Positions 24,928-32,000 of a DNA stretch of 32,000 bases are shown piece by piece. How positions within the stretch are numbered: position 1 is the stretch's first letter; the number at the start of each line of letters is the position of its first letter. The stretch covers positions 3,720,001 through 3,752,000 of the forward strand of contig NC_002939.5 of assembly GCF_000007985.2 (NCBI RefSeq), given 5' to 3'. Position numbers and translations under genes: made by a program. The stretch comes from Geobacter sulfurreducens PCA (GTDB taxonomy: Bacteria > Desulfobacterota > Desulfuromonadia > Geobacterales > Geobacteraceae). Under the pieces are notes generated by a model that saw only the letters and a program-made list of their open reading frames with translations, was not told the DNA's origin and did no database searches.

Positions 24928-26310
24928 TTAGAACGCGTAGTTCAGAATGAGCGAAGCCATGTAGGGATCGTCGGGGTCCTGGCCACCGGCGGCAACGCCG
25001 CTGTAATAGTCGCCGAGAACGACATACGCACCGCGGGCAATGGCGCTCATGTTATCAAACATTTTGTACTCAAGGCTGGCATTGATTTCCGTGCCGAGGT
25101 ACTTGCTGTTGTCCGCGTTGGAGGTATTGCCGTTCTTCTTGGCAACGGCGGCAAAGCCGGCATTGGCGCTGGCCGAAAACTTGGAGGTAATGGGGAGGTC
25201 ATAGCCCACGAAGCCGGCGATTACACCCTGATCTTTATTGTTCGTGGTATAAACGATGGCATTATCGATGGTCATGGCATAGGCGTCACGGAAAAGGATC
25301 TGCATGTTGCCGCCATAATAGCCGTGCTCATCTTGAACGCTCTGGAAAGCATTGGTGGTGCCGCTGCCGCCCTTATCGCCGGAAACATAGAGGAATTCCG
25401 TCCGCGCGGTGCCGGGGCCCACCTGAGCGCGAGCACCCACGTTACCGGCAAAGGCACTGACGTGGCGGTTAGCCGGCGCACGGAGGGTGCCGAACTGGTA
25501 GAGGAAGAAACCGTCCACGGTCACCGGACCAAAGGTGGCCTCGGCATTCACGCCAACGTTGTGATAGGTGTTCGTGAAACCTTGCTCTTGGAAAAGGTAG
25601 GGCAGTGAGAATCCATCGTCTTCGCTGCGGTCATCGTCAATGAAGTAGTAGGCGCCACCGACCTTAATGTCTTTGGTCACGGCGTACTTGCCGGTGGCGG
25701 CGAACATGTCACGGGTCTTCTTGCCGGGCACCGTCCCTTTGTCGTCGAACCGGAAGAAACCGGCCGACGCATCGAGGTCGCCGAACGTACGGGATGCGAG
25801 AACTCCTGCCATGTCGGCGTCGAAGAGTACCCCTTTGAATGCATCATTGTAGGGCTGGATACCCACCTTGAAATTTACGCCGGTAGCAGGCAGGTTGAAG
25901 TCAAGGTAGACGCTCTTGGTTTCAATGTTCACCGTATCGGCCCCGATCGCACCGCCGCGGTTGCGGCCGGAGGTATACGAGGTGTCGCCCCAGCGGGAGT
26001 CGATCTCGAAGTGGGTTACCAACTTCAGGTCGTCGTTAGCCTTGGCAATGTACATGAGACGGGCGCGCTGCTCAAGGTAAGTGGCGGTAGGCACGTCCTT
26101 TTCCTTGCCTTGCGGATCATAAAAACCATATCCGAGCGGCGTATCAACGGTTCCATGCAATCTGATCACAGGTGTAGCGTTAAAGTTGTTAACGACACCT
26201 TTCAGCCGGAACATGCCGTGGAACTCGTTCTCCAGGGCCAGGGCCGGGACGGCGGAGGCGGCGATGGCCGCCGTTGCGGTGACTGCGATGAGCGATTTCT
26301 TGAAACCCAT
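24928..26310 (-). CDS. Outer membrane beta-barrel porin (family not identified; possibly a Geobacter-type porin)
   Basis: 460 aa with an AAGGAGGAG SD. Signal peptide is MGFKKSLIAVTATAAIAASAVPALA|LE. Composition is G/Y/F/D/N/T-rich with alternating amphipathic strands. The C-terminus ...MASLILNYAF ends in Phe, as in the OMP sorting signature. Confidence 0.75.
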   Translation of the reverse strand: MGFKKSLIAVTATAAIAASAVPALALENEFHGMFRLKGVVNNFNATPVIRLHGTVDTPLGYGFYDPQGKEKDVPTATYLEQRARLMYIAKANDDLKLVTHFEIDSRWGDTSYTSGRNRGGAIGADTVNIETKSVYLDFNLPATGVNFKVGIQPYNDAFKGVLFDADMAGVLASRTFGDLDASAGFFRFDDKGTVPGKKTRDMFAATGKYAVTKDIKVGGAYYFIDDDRSEDDGFSLPYLFQEQGFTNTYHNVGVNAEATFGPVTVDGFFLYQFGTLRAPANRHVSAFAGNVGARAQVGPGTARTEFLYVSGDKGGSGTTNAFQSVQDEHGYYGGNMQILFRDAYAMTIDNAIVYTTNNKDQGVIAGFVGYDLPITSKFSASANAGFAAVAKKNGNTSNADNSKYLGTEINASLEYKMFDNMSAIARGAYVVLGDYYSGVAAGGQDPDDPYMASLILNYAF

Positions 26311-26444
26311 GTACTCCTCCTTCGTTGCGATGAATTAACAGCATTGTAGGGTTGTGATGCTTTACTTTGTACAACCGGCGAGTGTCCAACCACCTCCCTT
26401 CTTTGTGAGGAAAGCGACGCCGTTGTCGCTGACTGTCGAAGTAG

Positions 26445-27167
26445 TCAGAGTATCTGGCTCAGGAACAGCTTGGTCCGTTCGTGGGTCGGATTCCGGAAGA
26501 AGTGCTCGGGTGTCCCCTCCTCCACGATCCTGCCCGCGTCCATGAAAATGACCCGGTCGGCAACCTCACGGGCAAAACCCATTTCGTGGGTAACGACCAC
26601 CATGGTCATTCCCTCACGGGCGAGACTCTTCATGACGTCGAGCACCTCCCCGATCATCTCGGGATCAAGGGCTGACGTGGGCTCGTCGAAGAGCATGAGC
26701 TTCGGGTCCATGGCCAGGGCTCGGGCGATGGCGACCCGCTGCTGCTGACCGCCGGAAAGCTTGGCCGGATAGGCGCCCGCCTTCTCCTCCAGTCCCACTT
26801 TGCGCAGAAGCCCCATGGCTTTTTCTGTCGCCTCGGACGCGCTCCGTTGGCGCACGACGCACTGGGCCAGAGTGATATTTTGCAGGACGGTCTTGTGGGG
26901 AAACAGGTTGAAGGACTGGAACACCATGCCCACTTCTTCCCGCAACTTGTTGATGTCGGTCCCCTGGCCATAGAGATCAATGCCGTCCACCACGATCCGT
27001 CCCGTGTCGATCTGCTCCAGCTTGTTCAGCGAACGGAGAAGAGTGCTCTTGCCCGACCCGGAAGGGCCGATGATGACCACCTTCTCTCCTTCCTTCACGT
27101 CAAACGTTACCCGGTCGAGGGCCCTGAGCCCGCCGAAGTTCTTGCTGACGTCGCGTACTTCTACCAT
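26445..27167 (-). CDS. Polar amino acid ABC transporter ATP-binding protein (GlnQ/HisP type)
   Basis: The track ORF starts at GTG 27191. I prefer ATG 27167 ([45 protein letters not shown]), which lies 10 nt after the permease stop. Signature is [15 protein letters not shown] and Walker B is [14 protein letters not shown]. Confidence 0.92.
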   Translation of the reverse strand: MVEVRDVSKNFGGLRALDRVTFDVKEGEKVVIIGPSGSGKSTLLRSLNKLEQIDTGRIVVDGIDLYGQGTDINKLREEVGMVFQSFNLFPHKTVLQNITLAQCVVRQRSASEATEKAMGLLRKVGLEEKAGAYPAKLSGGQQQRVAIARALAMDPKLMLFDEPTSALDPEMIGEVLDVMKSLAREGMTMVVVTHEMGFAREVADRVIFMDAGRIVEEGTPEHFFRNPTHERTKLFLSQIL

Positions 27168-27177
27168 ACCGCCCCGC

Positions 27178-27969
27178 TCAGCTCCCCGCACTGATCCGTT
27201 CCTCCATGATTCCGATAAGCTTTGACAAGAAGAGGGTAATGATCAAATAGACGAGGGCAATGACCGTATAGGTCTCGAAATAGGTGAAGCTCTCCGAGGC
27301 GAACTCCCGTCCCCGGCGCAGGATATCGGCAACCGCCAGTATGGACACCAGCGAGGAATCCTTGAGTAGAGCGATGAATTCGTTACCGATGGGGGGGAGC
27401 ACGACTTTGGCGGCCTGGGGCAGGATCACGTGGCGCATGGCCTGCCCCTTGGTCATGCCGAGGGAACGGGCCGCCTCCATCTGCCCCTTGGGAATCGACT
27501 GGATGCCGGCCCTGATCACCTCGCCCATGTAGGCACCGTAACAGACGGCCATGGCGATGATGGCGCTTGCCATGTCGGGGACATGGACGAAGCGGCCCAG
27601 GGCGTAGTAGATGTAAAAGAGTTGAACCAGCAGCGGAATGCCGCGGATGATCTCCACGTAGAGAGAGGCGATGCCGTTGATGATCCGGTTGGAGGAGATG
27701 CGCCCAAGGCCGGCCACAAGACCGATGACCAAAGCGAGGAGAATGGCCCCGACGGTAACCTGGAAGGTGACCAGGATACCGTCGGGAACGAACTTGAGGA
27801 TGTTGAGATAGGGATCCGGCTTCGTGATTGTCAGAACGACCAGAATGCCGATCGCGCCGACAAAGGCGATGCGCCAGGCAGTGAAAAGCCCGATGTCGCT
27901 TTTGCTCGGAATAGCTGCGCCGTCACCGACCTCGACAACCGCCGGCCGTACCCTGTCCTGATCAACCAT
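27178..27969 (-). CDS. Polar amino acid ABC transporter permease (His/Glu/Gln/Arg/opine family)
   Basis: 263 aa. Contains the EAA-type loop region [22 protein letters not shown] and [11 protein letters not shown]. Its ATG directly abuts the stop codon of the upstream binding-protein gene. Confidence 0.9.
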   Translation of the reverse strand: MVDQDRVRPAVVEVGDGAAIPSKSDIGLFTAWRIAFVGAIGILVVLTITKPDPYLNILKFVPDGILVTFQVTVGAILLALVIGLVAGLGRISSNRIINGIASLYVEIIRGIPLLVQLFYIYYALGRFVHVPDMASAIIAMAVCYGAYMGEVIRAGIQSIPKGQMEAARSLGMTKGQAMRHVILPQAAKVVLPPIGNEFIALLKDSSLVSILAVADILRRGREFASESFTYFETYTVIALVYLIITLFLSKLIGIMEERISAGS

Positions 27970-28725
27970 TTATCTGAGCCACTTCTTCCGGAGTTGCTCG
28001 TCAACTTTCTTGGCCTTGACGGCCTTGATGCCCTTGTTGATCAGAGCGAGCAATTCCTTGTCGCCCTTTTTCACCACGATGCCGTAGGACTCTGCGGTAA
28101 AGGACTTGCCCACGATCTTGAACTTGTTCTTGTACTCGGCCTTCTGGAGAGCATAGTGGGCCGCGGTAGGCTCGTCGCAGACCACGCCGACGATGCGGCC
28201 GGCGGCCATATCCTCGAAGGCCAGGCCGATTTCGTCATAGTTCTTGAGCTCGACGCCCTGCACCTTCTTGATTTCAAAGGCGCCGGTGGTGCCGATCTGG
28301 GCGCCCACCTTCTTCCCCTTGAGGCCGGAGAGGTTTGTCGCCTTCTCGGTCTTGGGCACCACGAGAATCTGGCCGATATTGATGTAGGGGTCGGAGAAAT
28401 CATACTGCTTTTTCCGCTCTTCGGTGATGGTGACGGAGGAAATGATGGCGTCATAACGGCCTGCGCCGAGCCCCGCGAAGATGCCGTCCCAGGCGGTGTT
28501 TTTGAACTGGACGGCGAAACCCGCTTCCTTGGCGATGGCGTTCATGAAATCGATGTCGAAGCCGACAATCTTCTTGTTGGCGTCAACCATTTCCATGGGC
28601 GGCCAGGTGGCATCCGTGGCAACGGTTACCGTACGGCCCGCGGCCTCGGCCTGCCGGGGAACTGCGGCCGTCAGACACACTGCGGCCAGCGTGAGTACCA
28701 TCAGGGTACGACGCACGAGGTTCAT
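27970..28725 (-). CDS. Polar amino acid ABC transporter substrate-binding protein (type II PBP, family 3)
   Basis: The track ORF starts at 28749. I prefer ATG 28725 (MNLVRRTLMVLTLAAVCLTAAVPRQAEA|AGRTVTVATDATWPPMEMVDANKKIVGFDIDFMNAIAKEAGF), which has a GGGAGGAA SD. Confidence 0.9.
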   Translation of the reverse strand: MNLVRRTLMVLTLAAVCLTAAVPRQAEAAGRTVTVATDATWPPMEMVDANKKIVGFDIDFMNAIAKEAGFAVQFKNTAWDGIFAGLGAGRYDAIISSVTITEERKKQYDFSDPYINIGQILVVPKTEKATNLSGLKGKKVGAQIGTTGAFEIKKVQGVELKNYDEIGLAFEDMAAGRIVGVVCDEPTAAHYALQKAEYKNKFKIVGKSFTAESYGIVVKKGDKELLALINKGIKAVKAKKVDEQLRKKWLR

Positions 28726-28781
28726 AATTCCTCCCTTGGTTACTGACATTCAATAATGTTTACTGCGCCTAAACGAGGCTA

Positions 28782-28810
28782 CTTTTATGATTATTTTCTC
28801 CTGATGTCAA
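28782..28810 (-). promoter_or_regulatory. Candidate sigma-70 promoter of the amino-acid ABC / porin operon
   Basis: The minus strand reads TTGACA (28810-28805), 17 nt, then TAAAAG (28787-28782), in an AT-rich divergent intergenic region. Confidence 0.4.
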
Positions 28811-28918
28811 TGGCTTTTTGCCGGACTGTCGGCACGTTACCGCCATTTCTGTTTACTTTTCCTTCAAAATGTTCAAAAATATCAAACCATTTGTCACCTT
28901 TCCGTAACCAGACGAGCC

Positions 28919-29797
28919 GTGAATAAAGCAAAAGCCATTGTAGCCCTACTCCTCACCACCTTCTTCTGGGGGATCACTTTTACCATCGTCAAGGACGCCG
29001 TGGCGCAGGTTGACGTCTTTGTCTTCCTGGCCCAGCGGTTCCTCATGGCCGTGGTGCTCCTCGTGCCCTTCTGCGCCTGCCGCCGCGTGCCGCTCACCAT
29101 GCAGACCGTCCGCCACGGCCTGTTTCTCGGCCTGTTCCTGTTCGGCTCCTATGCCTTCCAGACCATGGCACTCCGGTTCACCACCGCGTCGAACACGGGC
29201 TTTCTCACGGGTCTCAGCGTAGTACTCGTTCCCATGCTGGGTGCGCTTCTCTTCAGGCAGGCCGTCTCGCAGGGGATCAAGTGGGGGGTGGCCCTGGCCG
29301 TACCCGGCCTGTTCCTCCTCTGCACCAACGGCGCGTTTGTCCTGAACATCGGCGACATGCTGGCCGCCATCTGTGCCGTCTGCGTCTCCCTCCACCTGAT
29401 ACTTACAGGGAAGTTTGCCCGCGATAACGATGTGTGGTGGCTTACTGCCATGCAGTTGAGCACAGTGGCACTCCTGAGCTTCCTTGTTGCCGAGGTCGGC
29501 GGCCACCGGACCATGGCCTGGCACCCGGAAATTCTCTGGGCGCTGCTGATCTGCGCCGTCTTTGCCACGGTGTTCGCCTTTCTGGTTCAGACATCCATGC
29601 AGCGCTTCCTCAGTCCGGCGCACACCGCCCTCATCTTTTGCCTGGAACCCGTCTTCGCGGCTCTCTACGCCTTCTGGGCCGCCGACGAACGCCTCGGCAC
29701 CCTCGGCTACCTGGGCGCGCTCCTCATTCTTGCGGGTATGGTAATTTCGGAGCTTGCACCCAGCGGCGAATCCCCTGAAGCGTCAACGGCGACCTGA
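28919..29797 (+). CDS. DMT superfamily (EamA-type) permease
   Basis: 292 aa with a GTG start. Begins MNKAKAIVALLLTTFFWGITFTIVKDAVAQVDVFVFLAQRFLMAVVLLVPF. It has about 10 TM segments and a duplicated EamA layout. Confidence 0.85.
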   Translation: MNKAKAIVALLLTTFFWGITFTIVKDAVAQVDVFVFLAQRFLMAVVLLVPFCACRRVPLTMQTVRHGLFLGLFLFGSYAFQTMALRFTTASNTGFLTGLSVVLVPMLGALLFRQAVSQGIKWGVALAVPGLFLLCTNGAFVLNIGDMLAAICAVCVSLHLILTGKFARDNDVWWLTAMQLSTVALLSFLVAEVGGHRTMAWHPEILWALLICAVFATVFAFLVQTSMQRFLSPAHTALIFCLEPVFAALYAFWAADERLGTLGYLGALLILAGMVISELAPSGESPEASTAT

Positions 29798-29840
29798 CCC
29801 GGATGCGTCGTCATACTCTTTGCCAAAGGACATCGTGAAC

Positions 29841-30896
29841 ATGAACAACTGCACGACCACCGAGCGCCGCAACCAGTTTGCCAGTGACAACTACGCCGGA
29901 ATCTGCCCCGAGGCATGGCAGGCCATGGAAGAGGCCAACCGTGGGTATGCCTGTTCCTACGGCGACGACACCTGGACGGAGAGGGCGTGCCGCCTGCTGC
30001 GCGACACCTTTGAAACCGACTGCGAGGTGTTCTTCGTCTTCAACGGCACGGCGGCCAACTCACTGGCCCTGGCATCCCTCTGCCAGTCGTACCACAGCAT
30101 CATCTGCCACGAGACATCCCATATCGAAACCGACGAATGCGGGGCCGCCGAATTTTTTTCCAACGGCACAAAAATACTTCTGGTTCCCGGCCCCCACGGC
30201 AAGGTCGACCCGGACGCAGTTGAGCACACGGTCAAACGGCGCCTCGACATTCATTACCCCAAGCCCAAGGTCCTCAGCATCACCCAGGCAACGGAATTGG
30301 GGACCCTCTATTCGGTGGATGAACTGCGCGAGCTGGGCCATCTTGCTCGACGCCTGGATCTACGCGTCCACATGGACGGGGCCCGTTTTGCAAATGCCGT
30401 TGCCGCCCTCGGTGTCCACCCGAGCGAGATCACCTGGAAGGCCGGGGTCGACGTGCTCTGTTTCGGCGGGACCAAGAACGGCATGGCCGTAGGTGAAGCA
30501 GTCGTGTTTTTCAACCGGGAGCTTGCCCGCGAGTTCGACTACCGCTGCAAGCAGGCAGGACAGCTTGCCTCGAAGATGCGCTTTCTGGCCGCTCCCTGGA
30601 TCGGCATGCTGGAAAGCGGTGCCTGGTTGACCCGCTCAGCCCATGCGAATGCCTGCGCAGCCAGACTTGAAGCCCGGCTTCGCGATATTCCCGGCGTCGG
30701 CATCCGCTTTCCCCGCCAGGCAAACTCGGTCTTTGCCGATCTCCCGCCGGGGGTCGTCGACGCCCTCCATGGGCTTGGTTGGCATTTCTACACCTTCATC
30801 GGCTCCGGCGGAGCGCGCTTCATGTGCTCCTGGGAGACGAGCGATCAGGACATCGACCTACTGGCGACTGACATAGCAGGTTGCTGTAATAGGTAA
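29841..30896 (+). CDS. ltaE: Low-specificity L-threonine aldolase (PLP-dependent, beta-eliminating lyase fold)
   Basis: The track ORF starts at 29754. I prefer ATG 29841 (MNNCTTTERRNQFASDNYAGICPEAWQAMEEAN...). It contains FASDN, FNGTAANSLAL, SITQATELGTLYSVDEL, HMDGARFANA and the PLP-lysine context FGGTKNGM. Confidence 0.88.
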   Translation: MNNCTTTERRNQFASDNYAGICPEAWQAMEEANRGYACSYGDDTWTERACRLLRDTFETDCEVFFVFNGTAANSLALASLCQSYHSIICHETSHIETDECGAAEFFSNGTKILLVPGPHGKVDPDAVEHTVKRRLDIHYPKPKVLSITQATELGTLYSVDELRELGHLARRLDLRVHMDGARFANAVAALGVHPSEITWKAGVDVLCFGGTKNGMAVGEAVVFFNRELAREFDYRCKQAGQLASKMRFLAAPWIGMLESGAWLTRSAHANACAARLEARLRDIPGVGIRFPRQANSVFADLPPGVVDALHGLGWHFYTFIGSGGARFMCSWETSDQDIDLLATDIAGCCNR

Positions 30897-31012
30897 CAAA
30901 GAGGGCGGGAGATAAGGCAACACCCAAGGCATATCAGTAAGATAAGCAGGGGGCTGAGCACCACGCGACGGAGCAAATGTGCTCCGCAGTAGTATTTCAT
31001 CCGGCTGACAGA

Positions 31013-31032
31013 GGCGGCCTGCTGAGGCCGCC
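31013..31032 (+). terminator. Weak candidate terminator hairpin downstream of ltaE
   Basis: GGCGGCC (31013-31019), loop TGCTGA, then GGCCGCC (31026-31032), followed by AATCTTCAT, which is a poor T-tract. A second hairpin, CGGAGCA-AATG-TGCTCCG, lies at 30969-30986. Confidence 0.3.
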
Positions 31033-31151
31033 AATCTTCATACATGAGATGTATGTAATTTAAATGCACCCCGGCCGCACGCAGCATCTCAACGTTTTCA
31101 GCATGTTACAATCACCCCCCTTTCAATCGCCCGCTCCCTCCCCTCTTTTTC

Positions 31152-31170
31152 TGTATACCCACCCCATACA
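31152..31170 (+). promoter_or_regulatory. Candidate enhancer (UAS) inverted repeat for a sigma-54 activator
   Basis: TGTAT-N9-ATACA (31152-31156 / 31166-31170), about 100-115 bp upstream of the -24 element. An A/T-rich, IHF/bend-like tract (CAAAAAATTAAAGCCTTTTATTTC, 31206-31229) lies in between. Confidence 0.3.
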
Positions 31171-31266
31171 ATAGCGACTCCACGCCTGCCTCGACGCTCT
31201 CTCCTCAAAAAATTAAAGCCTTTTATTTCTGCGTGTTACACGTTTCTTTTACCTTGTTTTCCACTG

Positions 31267-31282
31267 TGGCACGGTCACTGCT
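31267..31282 (+). promoter_or_regulatory. Sigma-54 (RpoN) -24/-12 promoter
   Basis: TGGCACGGTCACTGCT compared with the consensus TGGCACG-N4-TTGCW. GG and GC are at exactly the canonical 12-nt register, with only one mismatch (C for T at -14). It lies 55 nt upstream of ATG 31336. Confidence 0.6.
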
Positions 31283-31335
31283 ATATAAAAGACAAAACCA
31301 ACCGGTCACCACCGGCGGACAATGAGGAGGGAGTC

Positions 31336-31560
31336 ATGAAAACCACAGCCATCGCACTTATCGCCACGATCGCAACCGCAACCACCGCCTTTGGTGCCAG
31401 TGGCGCCGCAATTGACGAAGGCGGGTTCCTCGCTCCTCTTTTCCTCGCTTTCGGAGCCGCCATTGTCGCCTTCCAGACCGTTCCCGCCATCATGCTGATG
31501 GGATCGATGCTGAAGGGGCTTTTCTCGCCGAAGGTGGAAGAAGGAGCCACGACTCACTGA
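31336..31560 (+). CDS. Small membrane/secreted protein (74 aa), paralog A, unknown family
   Basis: GAGGAGGGAG SD 3-4 nt upstream of the ATG. The sequence is MKTTAIALIATIATATTAFGASGAAIDEGGFLAPLFLAFGAAIVAFQTVPAIMLMGSMLKGLFSPKVEEGATTH. It has a signal-like N-terminus, one TM helix and a short charged tail. It is paralogous to the next ORF. Confidence 0.65.
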   Translation: MKTTAIALIATIATATTAFGASGAAIDEGGFLAPLFLAFGAAIVAFQTVPAIMLMGSMLKGLFSPKVEEGATTH

Positions 31561-31625
31561 CAGACACCGACGAAGGGGCGGCCCGCCGGGCCGGTACCGT
31601 AGAGGGATACGGAAAGGAGACAGCC

Positions 31626-31856
31626 ATGAAAGCGAACGTTGCAGCCAGCACACTGGCAATGGTTCTTGGGAGCGTAACATCGGCCCTGGCGGCGTCGGGG
31701 GCACGGGAAGACAATAGTGGAGTGCTGGTATGGATCTTCCTCGGCTTCTGCGCACTGATCATCGTGGCACAACTGGCCCCCGCGGTTCTTACCATGATCG
31801 GAATGGCCAAAGGCGTTGCCGACAGCGTAGGCCGCAAGGCGGAGGCGAAGAACTAG
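31626..31856 (+). CDS. Small membrane/secreted protein (76 aa), paralog B, unknown family
   Basis: GGAAAGGAGA SD. The sequence is MKANVAASTLAMVLGSVTSALAASGAREDNSGVLVWIFLGFCALIIVAQLAPAVLTMIGMAKGVADSVGRKAEAKN. It aligns without gaps to paralog A at about 45% identity over ~45 positions by my hand alignment. Confidence 0.65.
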   Translation: MKANVAASTLAMVLGSVTSALAASGAREDNSGVLVWIFLGFCALIIVAQLAPAVLTMIGMAKGVADSVGRKAEAKN

Positions 31857-31916
31857 GGACAGCCCCGCAGAAAGGAGGACTCACGAGAAAACATGACCAT
31901 GAACAGTACTGAATGA

Positions 31917-31952
31917 AAAGGCCGCCCCTCCGGCAGGAGAGACGGCCTTTTT
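31917..31952 (+). terminator. Rho-independent terminator after the microprotein pair
   Basis: AAAGGCCG...CGGCCTTTTT. The outer stem is GGCCG/CGGCC and the inner stem is CTCC/GGAG with an internal loop, followed by TTTTT. Confidence 0.7.
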
Positions 31953-32000
31953 GCTTGCCCGGGATCCCGGGAGGGACGTCCGGGGTGGTGTGGTCGCGGC

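Noticed and set aside
3657-28746. Many other long ORFs antisense to called genes: 3657..4673+, 5095..5853-, 6120..7076+, 7299..8348+, 8413..9291-, 9589..10686+, 11063..12232+, 15582..16511-, 17253..18062-, 18720..20105-, 20706..21644-, 23289..24539+, 24544..25608+ and 27430..28746+.
   Set aside because: Each overlaps a gene with clear family signatures on the other strand or in another frame. The translations are Arg/Gly/Pro/His-rich low-complexity sequence without SDs. This is the expected by-product of ~60% GC.
30845-31087. An 80-aa minus-strand ORF (alternative internal start MKYYCGAHLLRRVVLSPLLILLICLGCCLISR...) with a hydrophobic, Cys-rich stretch.
   Set aside because: It has no SD. It overlaps the 3' end of ltaE by about 50 nt, and its sequence is largely made of the ltaE-downstream hairpins read in reverse. 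No supporting signal was found.
31872-31916. A strong AAGGAGGA followed by a 7-codon mini-ORF (ATG 31893, MTMNSTE-stop) just before the terminator.
   Set aside because: The SD-to-ATG spacing is about 14 nt, which is long. The ORF is too short to evaluate, and the purine run may be fortuitous. It is noted only as a possible leader or terminator-coupled peptide.
1-32000. A search for CRISPR arrays, long tandem repeats, IS/transposon ends, retron or DGR-like repeats and toxin-antitoxin pairs.
   Set aside because: By eye, nothing found beyond the 3 x 10-bp repeat at 16548-16577 and ordinary hairpins. No reverse transcriptase, transposase, nuclease-type defence genes or small overlapping TA-like gene pairs are present.

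Overview
This is a 32-kb, roughly 60% GC, densely coding chromosomal segment. Gene content and order look Geobacter/Desulfuromonadales-like, but that rests on my memory of G. sulfurreducens synteny and cannot be verified here.

Content from left to right:
- The 5' part of a secreted phospholipase-D-family gene (-).
- A 724-nt noncoding spacer.
- GTP-dependent PEP carboxykinase (+).
- An unknown-function lipoprotein (-).
- tRNA-Asn(GTT) (+).
- An AraC regulator (-) divergent from an EamA/DMT transporter (+).
- A minus-strand operon livH-livM-livG-livF-EamA-FecR-domain protein with no binding-protein gene.
- Bifunctional PutA (-) divergent from a GntR/FadR regulator (+).
- A four-gene heavy-metal-type RND efflux operon (+): a small Cys/His-rich secreted protein, a TolC-like outer membrane factor, an adaptor with an extra N-terminal domain and a His/Asp-rich tract, and a CusA/CzcA-family pump.
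- A long minus-strand gene string: a polar-amino-acid ABC importer (binding protein, permease, ATPase), a beta-barrel porin, a small coiled-coil periplasmic protein and an orphan LivK-type binding protein.
- A third EamA transporter followed by threonine aldolase (+).
- A sigma-54-promoted pair of paralogous ~75-aa membrane microproteins (+).

I see no transposase, integrase, CRISPR array, phage gene or recognisable defence/toxin gene. The window reads as core metabolism and transport with an amino-acid theme, not as an accessory island. I therefore cannot point to a clear-cut novel system.

The parts I cannot explain, and would look at first:
1. The sigma-54-driven tandem microprotein pair.
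2. The Cys/His-rich leader gene, phased direct repeats and unusual adaptor of the RND operon.
3. The porin, coiled-coil protein and orphan binding protein attached to an ABC importer.
4. The long GC-rich noncoding spacer upstream of pckG.

All promoter, operator and terminator calls are by-eye motif matches.
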